Program-made: the position numbers and the translations under genes
Assembly: GCA_963693095.2 (NCBI GenBank)
Contig: OY843768.1
Coordinates: 1,888,001 to 1,952,000 of the forward strand
Direction: 5' to 3'
Length of the DNA: 64,000 nucleotides
Source of the DNA: Cenarchaeum sp.
GTDB taxonomy: Archaea > Thermoproteota > Nitrososphaeria > Nitrososphaerales > Nitrosopumilaceae
Shown here: positions 1 to 9,863 of the stretch, one piece after another
Layout of the letters: each line of letters starts with the position of its first letter
How positions within the stretch are numbered: the first letter of the stretch is position 1
Notes under the pieces: model-generated
Database searches by the model: none
The model's input: only the letters and a program-made list of their open reading frames with translations
Told to the model about the DNA's origin: nothing

Positions 1-29
1 GTGGTCTCGACAGGGGCCAGGGGCGGCTG

Positions 30-1019
30 ATGCGCTGCCTCGGAATCGAGAGCACCGCCCACACGTTCTCGTGCGCGATATTGGAGACGCGCGGGAGGCG
101 CGGGCGCGTTCTTGCCGACGTGCGGCGCGCGTACAGGCCGCCAGACGGCGAGGGGATACACCCGCGCGAGGCCTCGCGACACCATGTCGAAAAGAGCTCC
201 ACATGCCTGCGCGAGTGCCTCGAAGAGTCGGGCATGTCGATGCGCGACGTTGACGCAATCGCGTATGCGGCCGGTCCGGGCCTTGGGCCCTGCCTCCGAG
301 TCGGCGCCGTAGTCGCGCGCGCGCTCTCCTCATACCACAAGATCCCGCTATATCCGGTCCACCACGCGATCGGACATATCGAGCTCGGCAAGATGCTCAC
401 GCGCACAGGCGACCCCCTCGTCCTACTCGTCTCAGGCGGCCACACGATGATACTCGCATACAGCGCGCCGCACTGGCGCGTCTTCGGCGAGACACTCGAC
501 ATTACGCTGGGCCAGCTCTTTGACCAGTTTGGCCGCTCCTTGGGCCTGGCCTCGCCATGCGGCCAGGAGATCGAGCGCATCGCGGCGTGGGGTGAGGAGT
601 ATTGCGACCTACCATACACGGTAAAGGGAAACGACGTCTCGTTCTCGGGGATATGCTCAGCAGCAAAGGAGGCCGTCGCCTCGGGCATTGAGCGCAAGTC
701 AGTCTGCCACTCGCTGCAAGAGACTGCGTTTGCGATGGTGTGTGAGGCCACCGAGCGCGCACTAGTCCTGACGAAAAAGCGCGAGCTCTTGATAGTCGGC
801 GGCGTTGCGGCCAATGCGCGACTCTCGCTGATGCTCGATGAGATGTCTAGGAACCACGGATGCCGCGTGGCCGCAGCCCCCATGCGCTATGCGGGCGACT
901 GTGGATCGCAGATTGCGTGGGCCGGAATGCTAGAGGCCACAGTCTCACAACCGGTAAGGCCCGAGGAGGCCAGCGTTCGCCAGTCCTGGCGCCTAGACGA
1001 GGTTCCAATATCATACTGA
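30..1019 (+). CDS. kae1: tRNA N6-threonylcarbamoyladenosine synthesis protein Kae1 (KEOPS; TsaD family)
   Basis: GIESTAHT N-terminus, GIHPREA, GPGLGPCLRVG, HHAIGHIE metal-binding motif, LLVSGGHT, ETLDITLG, KGNDVSFSG, VGGVAAN. Archaeal-type and not fused to Bud32. Confidence 0.95.
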   Translation: MRCLGIESTAHTFSCAILETRGRRGRVLADVRRAYRPPDGEGIHPREASRHHVEKSSTCLRECLEESGMSMRDVDAIAYAAGPGLGPCLRVGAVVARALSSYHKIPLYPVHHAIGHIELGKMLTRTGDPLVLLVSGGHTMILAYSAPHWRVFGETLDITLGQLFDQFGRSLGLASPCGQEIERIAAWGEEYCDLPYTVKGNDVSFSGICSAAKEAVASGIERKSVCHSLQETAFAMVCEATERALVLTKKRELLIVGGVAANARLSLMLDEMSRNHGCRVAAAPMRYAGDCGSQIAWAGMLEATVSQPVRPEEASVRQSWRLDEVPISY

Positions 1020-1328
1020 GTCGAGTGCGCCCGTTATCGACTCTAGCCACGAGCCGGTGCTCATTACGCCAAACTTGAAGGTCTTTTGGCCGCCGTCGAG
1101 GCGGGCAGTGATGCAGACCTTTTTGATGAGCCACCCCTCAGTCCAGGCGTTCTCAATGTCGCCTAGGCCCACGTCGAGGACCGTGTCGCCAAAGCGCTTT
1201 GAGAGGTCGAGCATTCGGGAGCGAGTCTTGTCAAAGGCGACCCTCTTGTTCGTGAGTGTGAGTATGCCGATGCCGAGTGTGTCCTCGTTGCAGTCCTCCT
1301 GCCGGATTGTCTTCTCGCCTGCGTCCAT
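1011..1328 (-). CDS. small hypothetical protein, PH/GRAM-like fold
   Basis: 105 aa; G-x-L-T-L-T-N-K-R-V-A-F strand and C-terminal W-x-x-x-I helix typical of PH-like domains. Confidence 0.6.
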   Translation of the reverse strand: MDAGEKTIRQEDCNEDTLGIGILTLTNKRVAFDKTRSRMLDLSKRFGDTVLDVGLGDIENAWTEGWLIKKVCITARLDGGQKTFKFGVMSTGSWLESITGALDSV

Positions 1329-1399
1329 CCGTGCGCGTGCGGCGCGTGTGTGGGTATTTTAATGAACGTGGGGGATCGGGCACACAGGCCTGTCATGGA

Positions 1400-1912
1400 C
1401 TAGGCAGTCTCGCTGGATTCTGCATTCTTGACAGAGTTCACAAAGGCATCGCGAACATCGTCTTTTGCCTTTTTGAAATCTTGTTCTAGGCGATCGATAT
1501 AGTCTCTGTACAGTATGACGACTCCTTTTGATGGCAGCACATCCAAGGTTTTTTCTGAACCCCCGCCCTCCTTGGACAGATCGACATAGACTAGGCACAC
1601 GTCGTTCTTCAGCGGTAACTCGTGCTTTGTTGTAACCTTTGCCCAGTTTTCCTTGTCTTTCCACCCTCTAACACGTTGGCGTTTCTTGTTCTGTGCAGGC
1701 GAATCAACATTTTTGCTCACCTCGACAATCCACGTGGTATTTTTTGAGGTGAATATGAGGTCGATCTCGCCCATGGGATTATGATCTGCGTCATAAAAGA
1801 CGGAATTTGTGGCAACGAGATCTAGACCCATGTCGTATAACAGGCGCGCGATTCTTTGCTCTTCGGGGTTTTGTAAGTGACCAATTATGCACTCTGCCTG
1901 CATTGCGTCCAT
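1400..1912 (-). CDS. small PD-(D/E)XK-like (YraN/Hjc-like) protein, paralogue 1
   Basis: E-helix (EEQRIARLL), GEIDLIF, WIVEVSK; paralogous to 2065-2535 and 31402-31872. Confidence 0.6.
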   Translation of the reverse strand: MDAMQAECIIGHLQNPEEQRIARLLYDMGLDLVATNSVFYDADHNPMGEIDLIFTSKNTTWIVEVSKNVDSPAQNKKRQRVRGWKDKENWAKVTTKHELPLKNDVCLVYVDLSKEGGGSEKTLDVLPSKGVVILYRDYIDRLEQDFKKAKDDVRDAFVNSVKNAESSETA

Positions 1913-2064
1913 TACAGACGGCGCGAATGTGGTGGTTTTAATATGTTACGCCCTTGAGAGGTTCTATTGCGTGTATCGACGACTGATTCCTAACAAGCTC
2001 CCAATGCCAAATTGGCCCAAGCACTAGCCCGTGTCCCATGACACAGCCTCGCCCGGCCACAACC

Positions 2065-2535
2065 CTAGAACATTTCACAAGCTGGCCTGATCTTGTCTGA
2101 GAGGCCGCACCATCCCACAAACTGCCCCAGTGCGATTTGGGGCTCGTCCTCGATGAGGTGCTCGATGTGGTTCCAGTGCAGCAGGTACGTGCGCCCGTCC
2201 ATGTCTGGCCAGGAACTGCCTTCTGTGGCTATGGACATGTAGACAACACGCATATGGTTGGTCCGTGAGAGTCCGAGGTCCTCGCACACCCTGTCTATGA
2301 CGTCGCGCGTTTCCCACATTTTGATATCCTTGCGCCTTAGATGCCTCACGTCTAGCATCTCGTTTGCGCTGACCTCGATGAGAATTGTCGCATTTCTGAG
2401 CGTGGTCACAAAGTCGATCTCGATCGCCTTCTCGCCATACCACCTGGGCAGCACATAGCTGTCCCTGACGATATTGATTCCAATGCGCATCAACACCTTG
2501 CCGACCATCACCTCGTATCTGCTCTTTGGCGCCAT
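2065..2535 (-). CDS. small PD-(D/E)XK-like protein, paralogue 2
   Basis: EIDFV...LIEVSA; shares W...I.R..LGL...NH.R.VY.S.ATEG...DG...LLH..H and the 156-aa length with 31402-31872. Confidence 0.65.
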   Translation of the reverse strand: MAPKSRYEVMVGKVLMRIGINIVRDSYVLPRWYGEKAIEIDFVTTLRNATILIEVSANEMLDVRHLRRKDIKMWETRDVIDRVCEDLGLSRTNHMRVVYMSIATEGSSWPDMDGRTYLLHWNHIEHLIEDEPQIALGQFVGWCGLSDKIRPACEMF

Positions 2536-2785
2536 GCTCCCTATGGCCTCCGGCCTGTGCTAGCACCCTGGCGTTTGGTGAAACGCCGTAGTCCTGTGCG
2601 TGGGGCACACACAGTCACACCCATCGGGACTGGTGCCGCATTATCGCCCTATAAAAACCGTTCGCCGTCGGCCGCCTCGTGGGCGTGACAGGGGGGTGGT
2701 GATGCGCCATTGTCGCCCTGGGCGCGCCCTCCGGGGCGACTCCCCTAAAGTCCTCGCATGGACTGCCGTTCCGACCATTGCGCAC

Positions 2786-2992
2786 ATGCCCACAATATCC
2801 TTAAATTCTGTTCATGTGGCAGATTGCCCAATGGGCAAGGACGACATTTGCGACATTGTCGACGCGATGGCCCTTGGCTCGACTATCGTGCTTGGGGCAA
2901 AGGTGGCCCGGTACGGCCTGGCAAGCGTGTCGGTCATTGATGTCGCCTGCACACTAGGGCTTGTTGCCCTTAGTGCAGGGTTTCGCCGATAG
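2786..2992 (+). pseudogene. 3' remnant of a coding gene (possibly PIN-like C-terminus), copy 1
   Basis: Homologous to about 25217-25422 with many synonymous third-position changes and a conserved TAG; peptide DCPMGKDDICDIVDAMALGSTIVLGAKVARY. Confidence 0.4.
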
Positions 2993-3133
2993 GCCACAAC
3001 TGTTGGCCATATCGCGCACCGCCCAAAAACCCATGGGCGGCAATGTCGCCACACCGGCCTAGATCAATCTTGTCATCCACAGGCCAATCTCGCCCAATAC
3101 GCCCATGACGCGCAACTCACTCGTTTCTTGGAG

Positions 3134-4513
3134 TCATGTCCCTGCTGACCCTTTTGCGGCGTCTAGCTCCTCTAAGATCATCCTTCGGACATCCTGTATT
3201 TTGGGATAGTCAGGATCGATCTCTATTGCGCGATCAAGTGACTTTATGGCATCATGGACATTCCCTGACGCAAACAGGGCACAGGCACGGTTGCGATGGG
3301 CGTCAGAGTTGGCAGGATCCAGCACAATGGCCTCATCAAATGCCGCAATGGCCTCATCAGGATGCCCAAGCAGATTCAGCGTATGGCCGAGACTAGTCTG
3401 CGCATCGGCGCTTGCAGGTGATATCTCGACTGCGCGCCTAAAGGAGTCTAGTGCCTCATCATGGCGCCCGAGTGCGTCGAGTATGTTTCCCCTCCCGATG
3501 CGGATTCGCGCGTCGTGCGGATTTAGCTCGATCGCCGTGCCGATGGACGCTAGCGCCTCGTCATGCCGGCCCATTGAATGCAGGATATGTGCGCGCCTGT
3601 CATGCGAATCGGCACTCTTGGAGTCTAGTGCAATCGCGCGATCTATGGACTCTAGGGCCTCGGCGCCACGGTTCAGCTCGATTAGAGCATGGCTCATGCC
3701 GCTGTGGGCCGCCGCCCTGTCTGGCTCCAAGTCGATCGCCCTGCCTAGCGCACCTAGCGCCTCCTCGTGGCGGCCCAATGCCAATAGCATGTTGCCACGA
3801 ATTATGTGGGCCAGGGCCAGGCTGGAGTCTAGCGCTATTGCGCGATCGAGTGAAGCTAGCGCCTCCTCGTCAGCACCAATGTATGATTGAATGGTGCCCT
3901 TGTCAAGATGGGTCTGTGCCTGGTTGGGCTCTAGTGCGATCGCGCGATCAAGGGAGACGAGCGCCTCATCATGGCGATGGAGGGTCATGAGGCATCGTGC
4001 CCTGTATGCATGCACATTGGCGTCCTCGGCGTTGATCATCGCGGCGTGCTCAAACTCTACGACAGCCTCTGACGGCCGGTTCAGATTGGCGAGCACCGCG
4101 CCTCTGTCAAAGTGCGTAGCCTCGTCATTGTAGCCTAGCGCGATCGCGCGATCAAGGGCGGCGAGCGCCTCCTCATAGCGGCAAAGGCTGTCCATCACCA
4201 TGAAGCGTATCCTGTGCGACTTTGGGTGTGCCGGATCAAGCTCCACTGCGCGCCCTGATGATATCATGGCATCATCATATTGGCAAAGCTCGCACTCGAT
4301 GACGCTCATGTTGTTTAGGACCTCAATGTCAGTCGCGTCAATCTCGTCTGCAAGTCTCAGCTCTGCGAGCGCGTCTGACTTTTTGCCCTGTGTGTGCAGC
4401 TTGTTGGCCCTGATCTTGTGCGGCATGGAATCCCCAATGCCCCGCCTGTTGGCCGGTCCGGTGCTGGCCCTTGATGCCTCCCCATCACGCCTGCCTGCCC
4501 CCTTGCCTGCCAC
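3134..4513 (-). CDS. TPR-repeat protein (subfamily A)
   Basis: About 12 34-aa repeats (A..LGR.EEAL...DRAI.LDP). Start placed at GTG 4513, about 23 nt after ATTATTATAA, by comparison with paralogue 25525-27411. Confidence 0.9.
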   Translation of the reverse strand: MAGKGAGRRDGEASRASTGPANRRGIGDSMPHKIRANKLHTQGKKSDALAELRLADEIDATDIEVLNNMSVIECELCQYDDAMISSGRAVELDPAHPKSHRIRFMVMDSLCRYEEALAALDRAIALGYNDEATHFDRGAVLANLNRPSEAVVEFEHAAMINAEDANVHAYRARCLMTLHRHDEALVSLDRAIALEPNQAQTHLDKGTIQSYIGADEEALASLDRAIALDSSLALAHIIRGNMLLALGRHEEALGALGRAIDLEPDRAAAHSGMSHALIELNRGAEALESIDRAIALDSKSADSHDRRAHILHSMGRHDEALASIGTAIELNPHDARIRIGRGNILDALGRHDEALDSFRRAVEISPASADAQTSLGHTLNLLGHPDEAIAAFDEAIVLDPANSDAHRNRACALFASGNVHDAIKSLDRAIEIDPDYPKIQDVRRMILEELDAAKGSAGT

Positions 4514-4535
4514 AGCAGAGTTGGGCAGGTCCGCC

Positions 4536-4629
4536 TTATAATAATTGCGCATTGCAATATGCGTTAGGGGCAGTCATGGTACGGGCCCACACGTCACACA
4601 CCCGTGATGCGCCAGATATGATTTATTAA
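4536..4629. promoter_or_regulatory. divergent archaeal TATA-box pair between the TPR-A and ENTFA genes
   Basis: TTATAATAAT at 4536-4545 (minus strand) and TTTATTAA at 4622-4629, each about 22 nt from a start codon; both are conserved at about 27435-27555. Confidence 0.6.
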
Positions 4630-4650
4630 CACAATGCCCAAAATCCTGCC

Positions 4651-5130
4651 ATGGAGCCCGGCGAGGTCATATTCGAGAACACGTTTGCCCGGGCGTGCAC
4701 CAACCGCAGGCTCACTGTTGACGAAATTATCGAGGGCATGAAATTTGGCGCATTTCACTATGATCTGCTTCCCATCGAGGTTCGTGACGCCGTTGACAGG
4801 GCGCTAGAGCACGAAGATGCGCTGGCAGCAGAGCGCGGAACGCATGATCCTTACCATGATGGCGCATGGGAGCTTGACCTGCTAGATGTGGGGCTAGGAC
4901 CTGCCCAGAAAGGTGCGGCAGGCTCTCCATACCCGGGGTCGGCTCCGGGGGCGCACACAAAAGCCGTCGAAGAAACAATGTCTATGCATAATGACGCTAT
5001 CAATGACACGCTTTCGTACCAATGGTCAAGGGCCATGACTGCGCCTGTGCCTGCTTTTGCGCAACATGCCATGCATGAGACACTGGAGAAGAGCATGCCC
5101 AAAACGAGGCTCGTGGCATTCACGACGTGA
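4651..5130 (+). CDS. uncharacterised 'ENTFA' family protein, copy 1
   Basis: Conserved N-terminal ~80 aa (FENTFA..C.N..LT..EII..MKFG.F.YD.LP..V.DAVDR.LE.ED...WELD.LD) shared by five ORFs in the window. Confidence 0.8.
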   Translation: MEPGEVIFENTFARACTNRRLTVDEIIEGMKFGAFHYDLLPIEVRDAVDRALEHEDALAAERGTHDPYHDGAWELDLLDVGLGPAQKGAAGSPYPGSAPGAHTKAVEETMSMHNDAINDTLSYQWSRAMTAPVPAFAQHAMHETLEKSMPKTRLVAFTT

Positions 5131-5885
5131 TGGAGTTGGAGGGACTTTTGCCATATGCGCACACCACGCCAAAACCAGACGACCCGCTGGCGTCTTTCAA
5201 AGAAAGCCTCGCCAACTGGGCGTTCTTGTCCACCGACAGGCTTGAATACCGTGTCCCCGGGCCTAGATTTGCCCGTGCCTCGCAGACTGGCCCAGTAGAA
5301 AAGGATCCGCCAACGCGGTTTCCCTCACCATCTCGCAACTATGACATTTGTGCCCTGTATCCCCGCACACTCCCGACTGCTCCGGCACGAACTCGCACAA
5401 GCCCTGGCGCAGTGATCATCGGGCGCATCAACCACCTGTTTGGCTTTGTTGACTTTATGTACAAGAGCAAAGTGCTCCAGGAGGATGAGACCATAGACTC
5501 GTCAATCACGCAGCGCAAGATCCAAAAATGCGCATACATTGCGCAACAGCTTGGAATTCCGTTTGACTATCGCTTTGGATTCCTGACTAGCGGTGCATTT
5601 TCAGTTGACATGGCAGTAGACCTGTACCGGCGCAGGCTGGTCAACGAGGACATCAACCCGTTTGATGGCCGAGACGCGGCCCGCCAAACATTCCTTGACA
5701 TGGTCATGGGCAAGAGTAATCACTGGCTTCATGTGGCCACGTTTGCCATGCGCAGGATGGACACGATTCTCTCTAGTGATGACTTTGTGGAATACATGGA
5801 ACGAAAAAATTCCCAATATGGCAAGAGGCTAGTCAGAGCAGTATTTGAGCACATGAGACGCCTAGCGGGGTCGACGGGACAATGA
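5127..5885 (+). CDS. YwgA/SocA(DUF4065)-like protein, subtype 1
   Basis: KIQKCAYIAQQLG..F.Y.F.F...GAFS.DMA.DL resembles KLQKxxY...GPYS. Start overlaps the upstream stop (TGATG). Paralogue at 46880-47635. Confidence 0.6.
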   Translation: MMELEGLLPYAHTTPKPDDPLASFKESLANWAFLSTDRLEYRVPGPRFARASQTGPVEKDPPTRFPSPSRNYDICALYPRTLPTAPARTRTSPGAVIIGRINHLFGFVDFMYKSKVLQEDETIDSSITQRKIQKCAYIAQQLGIPFDYRFGFLTSGAFSVDMAVDLYRRRLVNEDINPFDGRDAARQTFLDMVMGKSNHWLHVATFAMRRMDTILSSDDFVEYMERKNSQYGKRLVRAVFEHMRRLAGSTGQ

Positions 5886-6394
5886 CTACCTCGACCACAT
5901 CGGGGCGTGACACGCATGACTCTGGAGCTACTGCAATGCTGGCCAGCCTGATCACGCGCCTGTAGCGGGCCGGCCTCTTGGCCGATAATGTGGCCACCAC
6001 ATTTGAGCCCCTGCACGAGCTGCAAAAGCACGCCTATATTGCAAAGACGCTGGGCGTTGGCCTCGACTATGAGTTTAACTTTTTGGAGAATGGCGCGTTC
6101 TCGCCCATGCTGGGAATTGACGCATGCGATCTTGACGGTGAAGAGGGCACCCTTGACCCGTTTGAGGGGATTCCGTGCGCCTTTGAGACGTTTGTGGCGC
6201 TAGTTGAGGGGCGGGGGAGGCCATGGCTTCAGGCCACGACGTTTGCCCTGCGTGATCTCGAGCTCGACGACACGGATGACGAGTTTGCCGCCCGTATCAT
6301 GCGCGCGAGCCGCATGTATGAAAAAAAGATGCTAAAGAGGGTGTTTGCGCACGTGCGCGAGCATATGGGAAAGCATGTGGCGCGTGCGCGCTGA
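5882..6394 (+). pseudogene. YwgA/SocA-like protein, subtype 2, with an in-frame TAG
   Basis: ATGA overlap at 5882. MLASLITRL*RAGLL aligns with MLASLIERLQQADFL of 17125-18072; the TAG is at 5963-5965. Confidence 0.7.
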
Positions 6395-6482
6395 ACTTGC
6401 CCCAAGTGAACACAGGTCTTCGTGCGCGTGCGCTTGCATATGACACTAGGCTTAATAGGCGCAGCACTGCCAATGCGATCCG

Positions 6483-6740
6483 ATGGATCCGATGCGGCTT
6501 GAGGGATTGAGGCTTATCGCCCACGGCCTTCAGTTTTATGGCTCTGCGTCTGCTGCGGAGCTCATGACAAGGCTCATAGGGTTTCTCTCCGAAAAGGAGG
6601 CATGGGACGTAATTGCCGAGGCCGAGAGGATTGGCATAATCGCGCGCGACGAGATGGTCTTTGAGCCGACAAACCCGAAAGAGCAAGAGTGGCGCTTTGT
6701 CGAGGGCTTCGACCTGAAACGGCTAGAAATGCTCGCATAG
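6483..6740 (+). CDS. small hypothetical protein, possible winged helix
   Basis: 85-aa ORF with a helical pattern ending in GII..D / WRF strands; CTTAATA about 25 nt upstream. Confidence 0.45.
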   Translation: MDPMRLEGLRLIAHGLQFYGSASAAELMTRLIGFLSEKEAWDVIAEAERIGIIARDEMVFEPTNPKEQEWRFVEGFDLKRLEMLA

Positions 6741-7065
6741 GCAGGATCCTCACACTCTGCACCAGCCACCTCTGGTTTTGGGCGACTGCTAGTCGTTTTT
6801 GCCAAGAGATCAAAAACACTAGCTACACCATGGGAAACATGACATTGGGGGACTTGATGGTCGCTCCGGCACGCGCACTGAATCATTGTTGATTCAAGTG
6901 GGGGAGGGGGGCTGACCCTGGTGTCCGGGTGACTATGATCGGATCGCCGGTTGAAAATGCCGCGTGTACCTGGCACGAGATACTGTCCTGCGTTTGTCCC
7001 CAACTGATGACGGCTCACTCGCCTGACGCGGCCAAAACGACTAGTGTGCGCTAATCATGTGCCTA

Positions 7066-8165
7066 TACTGACGAGCAAAAGTTCGTGCCATGATCAAACT
7101 TTCCCGACCCGCATGCTATATGGATCGCCCCTCCCCACGCCCCGCATGGAAGGCCAAGAGCTGGAAGCGTTCCGCAGGGCACTCCGCGACGAGAGGGACG
7201 CCGACGTCAGGTACAGGTTTGCCGCGGTCAACATGCACGAGAACCGGGGGATGACGCGCGAGGAGGTCGCACTTGCGCTCATGCAGTGCCCCAGGTGGGT
7301 CGGCAAGTGGGTCGCGCGCTACCGGAGTGGCGGTGTCGAGGCCCTGCGGGACCGCCCCCGCCCCGGCAGGCCGCCGCTGGTCGCGCGGCAGAGGCTTGGC
7401 CGCCTGATTGGCCGAATGCCCGGGCGCGTCACGCCCGCAGAGGTCATGCTGGAGATCGAGCTGGCCACCGGCGTGAGGTTCCACATGTCGTACGTCAGGA
7501 AAATAATGCGCAGGGCCGGCCTCTCCGCCAAGCGGACGCGCCTGGTGCACGTGAACAGGGCCGACGGGCCGACTGTAGCCAGCTGGCAGCGCAGGGTGCG
7601 GCGCAAGATAAGGCGCCTCAGGCGCGCCGGATTCACCGTCGTGGTGCAGGACGAGACCATCGCCGTGCACGGCGCCGCCGGCGGATCAAAGTACTGGTCG
7701 CTCGTGGGCGTCCCCGTCGTCGCCCCGTACACCGGGGGCCACAGGAGGGTCGTGGTGTACGGCGCGATCTCCACTGACGGGAAGCAGATCTTCCGGGTGC
7801 GCGACAGGTTCGATGCGGAGACGTTTGTCGCGTTCCTGCGCGACATGCGCAGGAGGTTCGGCAGGGTCGCCGTGATCGTCGACAGGGCGCCGCAGCACAG
7901 GGCCGCGGCGGTGAGGGACTATCTTCGCGCCCACAGGGCGGTGAGGCTGATCGAGCTGCCCACCGGCTCGCCGTACCTCAACGCGATCGAGGAGGTGTGG
8001 CGGCAGGCAAAGCGGGCGCTGCTGGTCTCCGAGCACTACCCCACCATGGGGGAGATGCGGACGGCGGTGTCACGGCACTTCAGGCACACGAGGTACCGGC
8101 TCGACGTGATGGCATACCTGGGCCGGACGTCGCTGGAATGCGGCACGGACTTTTGATCGGCAGTA
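7066..8165 (+). mobile_element. IS630-family element type A, copy 1 (1100 bp)
   Basis: TIRs TACTGACGAGCAAAAGTTCGTGCC / TACTGCCGATCAAAAGTCCGTGCC; TA duplicated at 7064-7065 and 8166-8167. Confidence 0.95.
7146..8156 (+). CDS. IS630-family transposase
   Basis: HTH region (W..RY..GG.EAL.DRPRPGRP) and DDE residues QDET, IVDRA, PYLNAIEEVW. Confidence 0.95.
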   Translation: MEGQELEAFRRALRDERDADVRYRFAAVNMHENRGMTREEVALALMQCPRWVGKWVARYRSGGVEALRDRPRPGRPPLVARQRLGRLIGRMPGRVTPAEVMLEIELATGVRFHMSYVRKIMRRAGLSAKRTRLVHVNRADGPTVASWQRRVRRKIRRLRRAGFTVVVQDETIAVHGAAGGSKYWSLVGVPVVAPYTGGHRRVVVYGAISTDGKQIFRVRDRFDAETFVAFLRDMRRRFGRVAVIVDRAPQHRAAAVRDYLRAHRAVRLIELPTGSPYLNAIEEVWRQAKRALLVSEHYPTMGEMRTAVSRHFRHTRYRLDVMAYLGRTSLECGTDF

Positions 8166-8211
8166 TAGCATATGAGGCAACTTTAAATCTAGTTACTGCC
8201 ACTAATGGCGC

Positions 8212-9600
8212 ATGGCTGTTGGGACACTGTTGGTGGGCGGCGCCCTCGTTGGCCTTATCGCCGCAGTCGCGCCGAACAGGGACGATCCAAAAGCTCGCCA
8301 TGAACGAGGTGTTTCCATGTACAAGCTCGGCCGTCACGCCGAAGCTCTAACAGAGTTTAATCGTGCCATAGAGCTCGACTCTCAAAACGCCGAGATATAC
8401 AGCAACAAAGGCTATGCGCTACGTGCCCTAAAGCGCCATGATGAGGCACTTGGGGCATTCAAGAAGGCCGTCGAGATAACGCCCTACAGCGTGATTGCTC
8501 ATAGCGACTATGGGCGTCTTTTGTACGTGCTTGGCAAATACGTCGATGCGCTTGAGGAGTTTAGGCGAATTACCAAGCTGCAGCCCGAAAATGCAATTGC
8601 GCATAGTAATGCGGGCTATGCCTTATATGCCATGGAGCGATACAACGAGGCACTTGCCGAATTTAACAAAGCTATCGAGCTTCGTCCAGACGACGCCTCC
8701 GCACATGGTTGTGTGGGCTCTATCCTAGGTGCACTGGGTCGTTACGACGATGCTCTCTCTGCCTTTACGCGTGCTACCGAGCTTGATCCTGAGGATATTG
8801 ACACGCATAACAGGAAAAACGACGTCCTGCGCATACTTGGCCGTGACGCCACAGTGTTGTCAACCACCCTGACATCAGAACAGAATTCAGGCAAGACTGC
8901 ACTTCATGGAGGCAACGCGCTGCTTACGCTTGGGCGTGACGGCGAAGCCCTTGGCGCCTTTGATCACGCAATATCACTTGACCCTTCATCCCCATCAGCC
9001 TATTTTGGCCGTGCCCACGCCCTGCTCAACCTCGGTCGTTACGATGAGGCGCTCGACTCGCTTGACACGGTCATAGATCTGGGTCCTGTGGAGGCCAAAG
9101 TGCACATCAGTCGTGGTGCCGCCCTGCTCAACCTCGGCTGCCACGACGATGCCCTTGAGGCCTTTGATCGCGCCATCTCGCTGGATCCTGGCCAACAGTC
9201 GGCTCACTTTGGCCGTGCCCACGCCCTGCTCAACCTCGGCCACGATGATGACGCTATCGAGTCCTTTGACAGGGCAGCAGCTCTGGATCCCAACAACATT
9301 GACTTGCACAGCAGTCGTGGCGCCGCCCTGCTCAACCTTGGCCGCCACGCCGCCGCACTCGACTCGCTTGACAGGGTTGCCGAGCTGGATCCTGACAATG
9401 CTGAAACGCACGGCACTCGTGGCGCCGCCCTGCTCAGCCTCGGCCGCCATGACGATGCCCTTGAGGCCTTTGATCGCGCCATCTCGCTGGATCCTGGCCA
9501 ACAGTCGGCTCACCTTGGCCGTGGCGCCGCCCTGCTCAACCTCGGCGACCATGATGGGGCCAAGAAATCGCTCGATCGCGCAATCAGTCAACCTTCATAG
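8212..9600 (+). CDS. TPR-repeat protein with N-terminal membrane anchor or signal
   Basis: Hydrophobic N-terminus (GTLLVGGALVGLIAAV) followed by about 12 TPRs; near-identical DNA units 306 bp apart (about 9112-9240 and 9418-9546). Confidence 0.9.
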   Translation: MAVGTLLVGGALVGLIAAVAPNRDDPKARHERGVSMYKLGRHAEALTEFNRAIELDSQNAEIYSNKGYALRALKRHDEALGAFKKAVEITPYSVIAHSDYGRLLYVLGKYVDALEEFRRITKLQPENAIAHSNAGYALYAMERYNEALAEFNKAIELRPDDASAHGCVGSILGALGRYDDALSAFTRATELDPEDIDTHNRKNDVLRILGRDATVLSTTLTSEQNSGKTALHGGNALLTLGRDGEALGAFDHAISLDPSSPSAYFGRAHALLNLGRYDEALDSLDTVIDLGPVEAKVHISRGAALLNLGCHDDALEAFDRAISLDPGQQSAHFGRAHALLNLGHDDDAIESFDRAAALDPNNIDLHSSRGAALLNLGRHAAALDSLDRVAELDPDNAETHGTRGAALLSLGRHDDALEAFDRAISLDPGQQSAHLGRGAALLNLGDHDGAKKSLDRAISQPS

Positions 9601-9863
9601 GAGTAAACTTTGCGATGAGTCGAGTCTGCGATCATTTTGTGGTTGCTCACACGCCCCATGTGGATGACCCCGCTCCGTCAGGCACATGATCAACTACTGT
9701 GATATCGGCCCCCGGGCGCACGTCGGGCAAGACTCTCGCGTCATGTTAGGGAGGCGGGAGATGCAACTTGCATAATCTGCCCTGTGCTGTCTCGGGGGCG
9801 CCACTGACCTCGTGCCTAGCCCACGCCATCACATTATTATGGTGCCGCACATTAATCATCTGC

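Noticed and set aside
7094-8350. Long alternative-frame and antisense ORFs in IS630 and TPR genes
   Set aside because: These are shadow ORFs caused by high GC and codon periodicity; they recur only because the host sequence is repeated.
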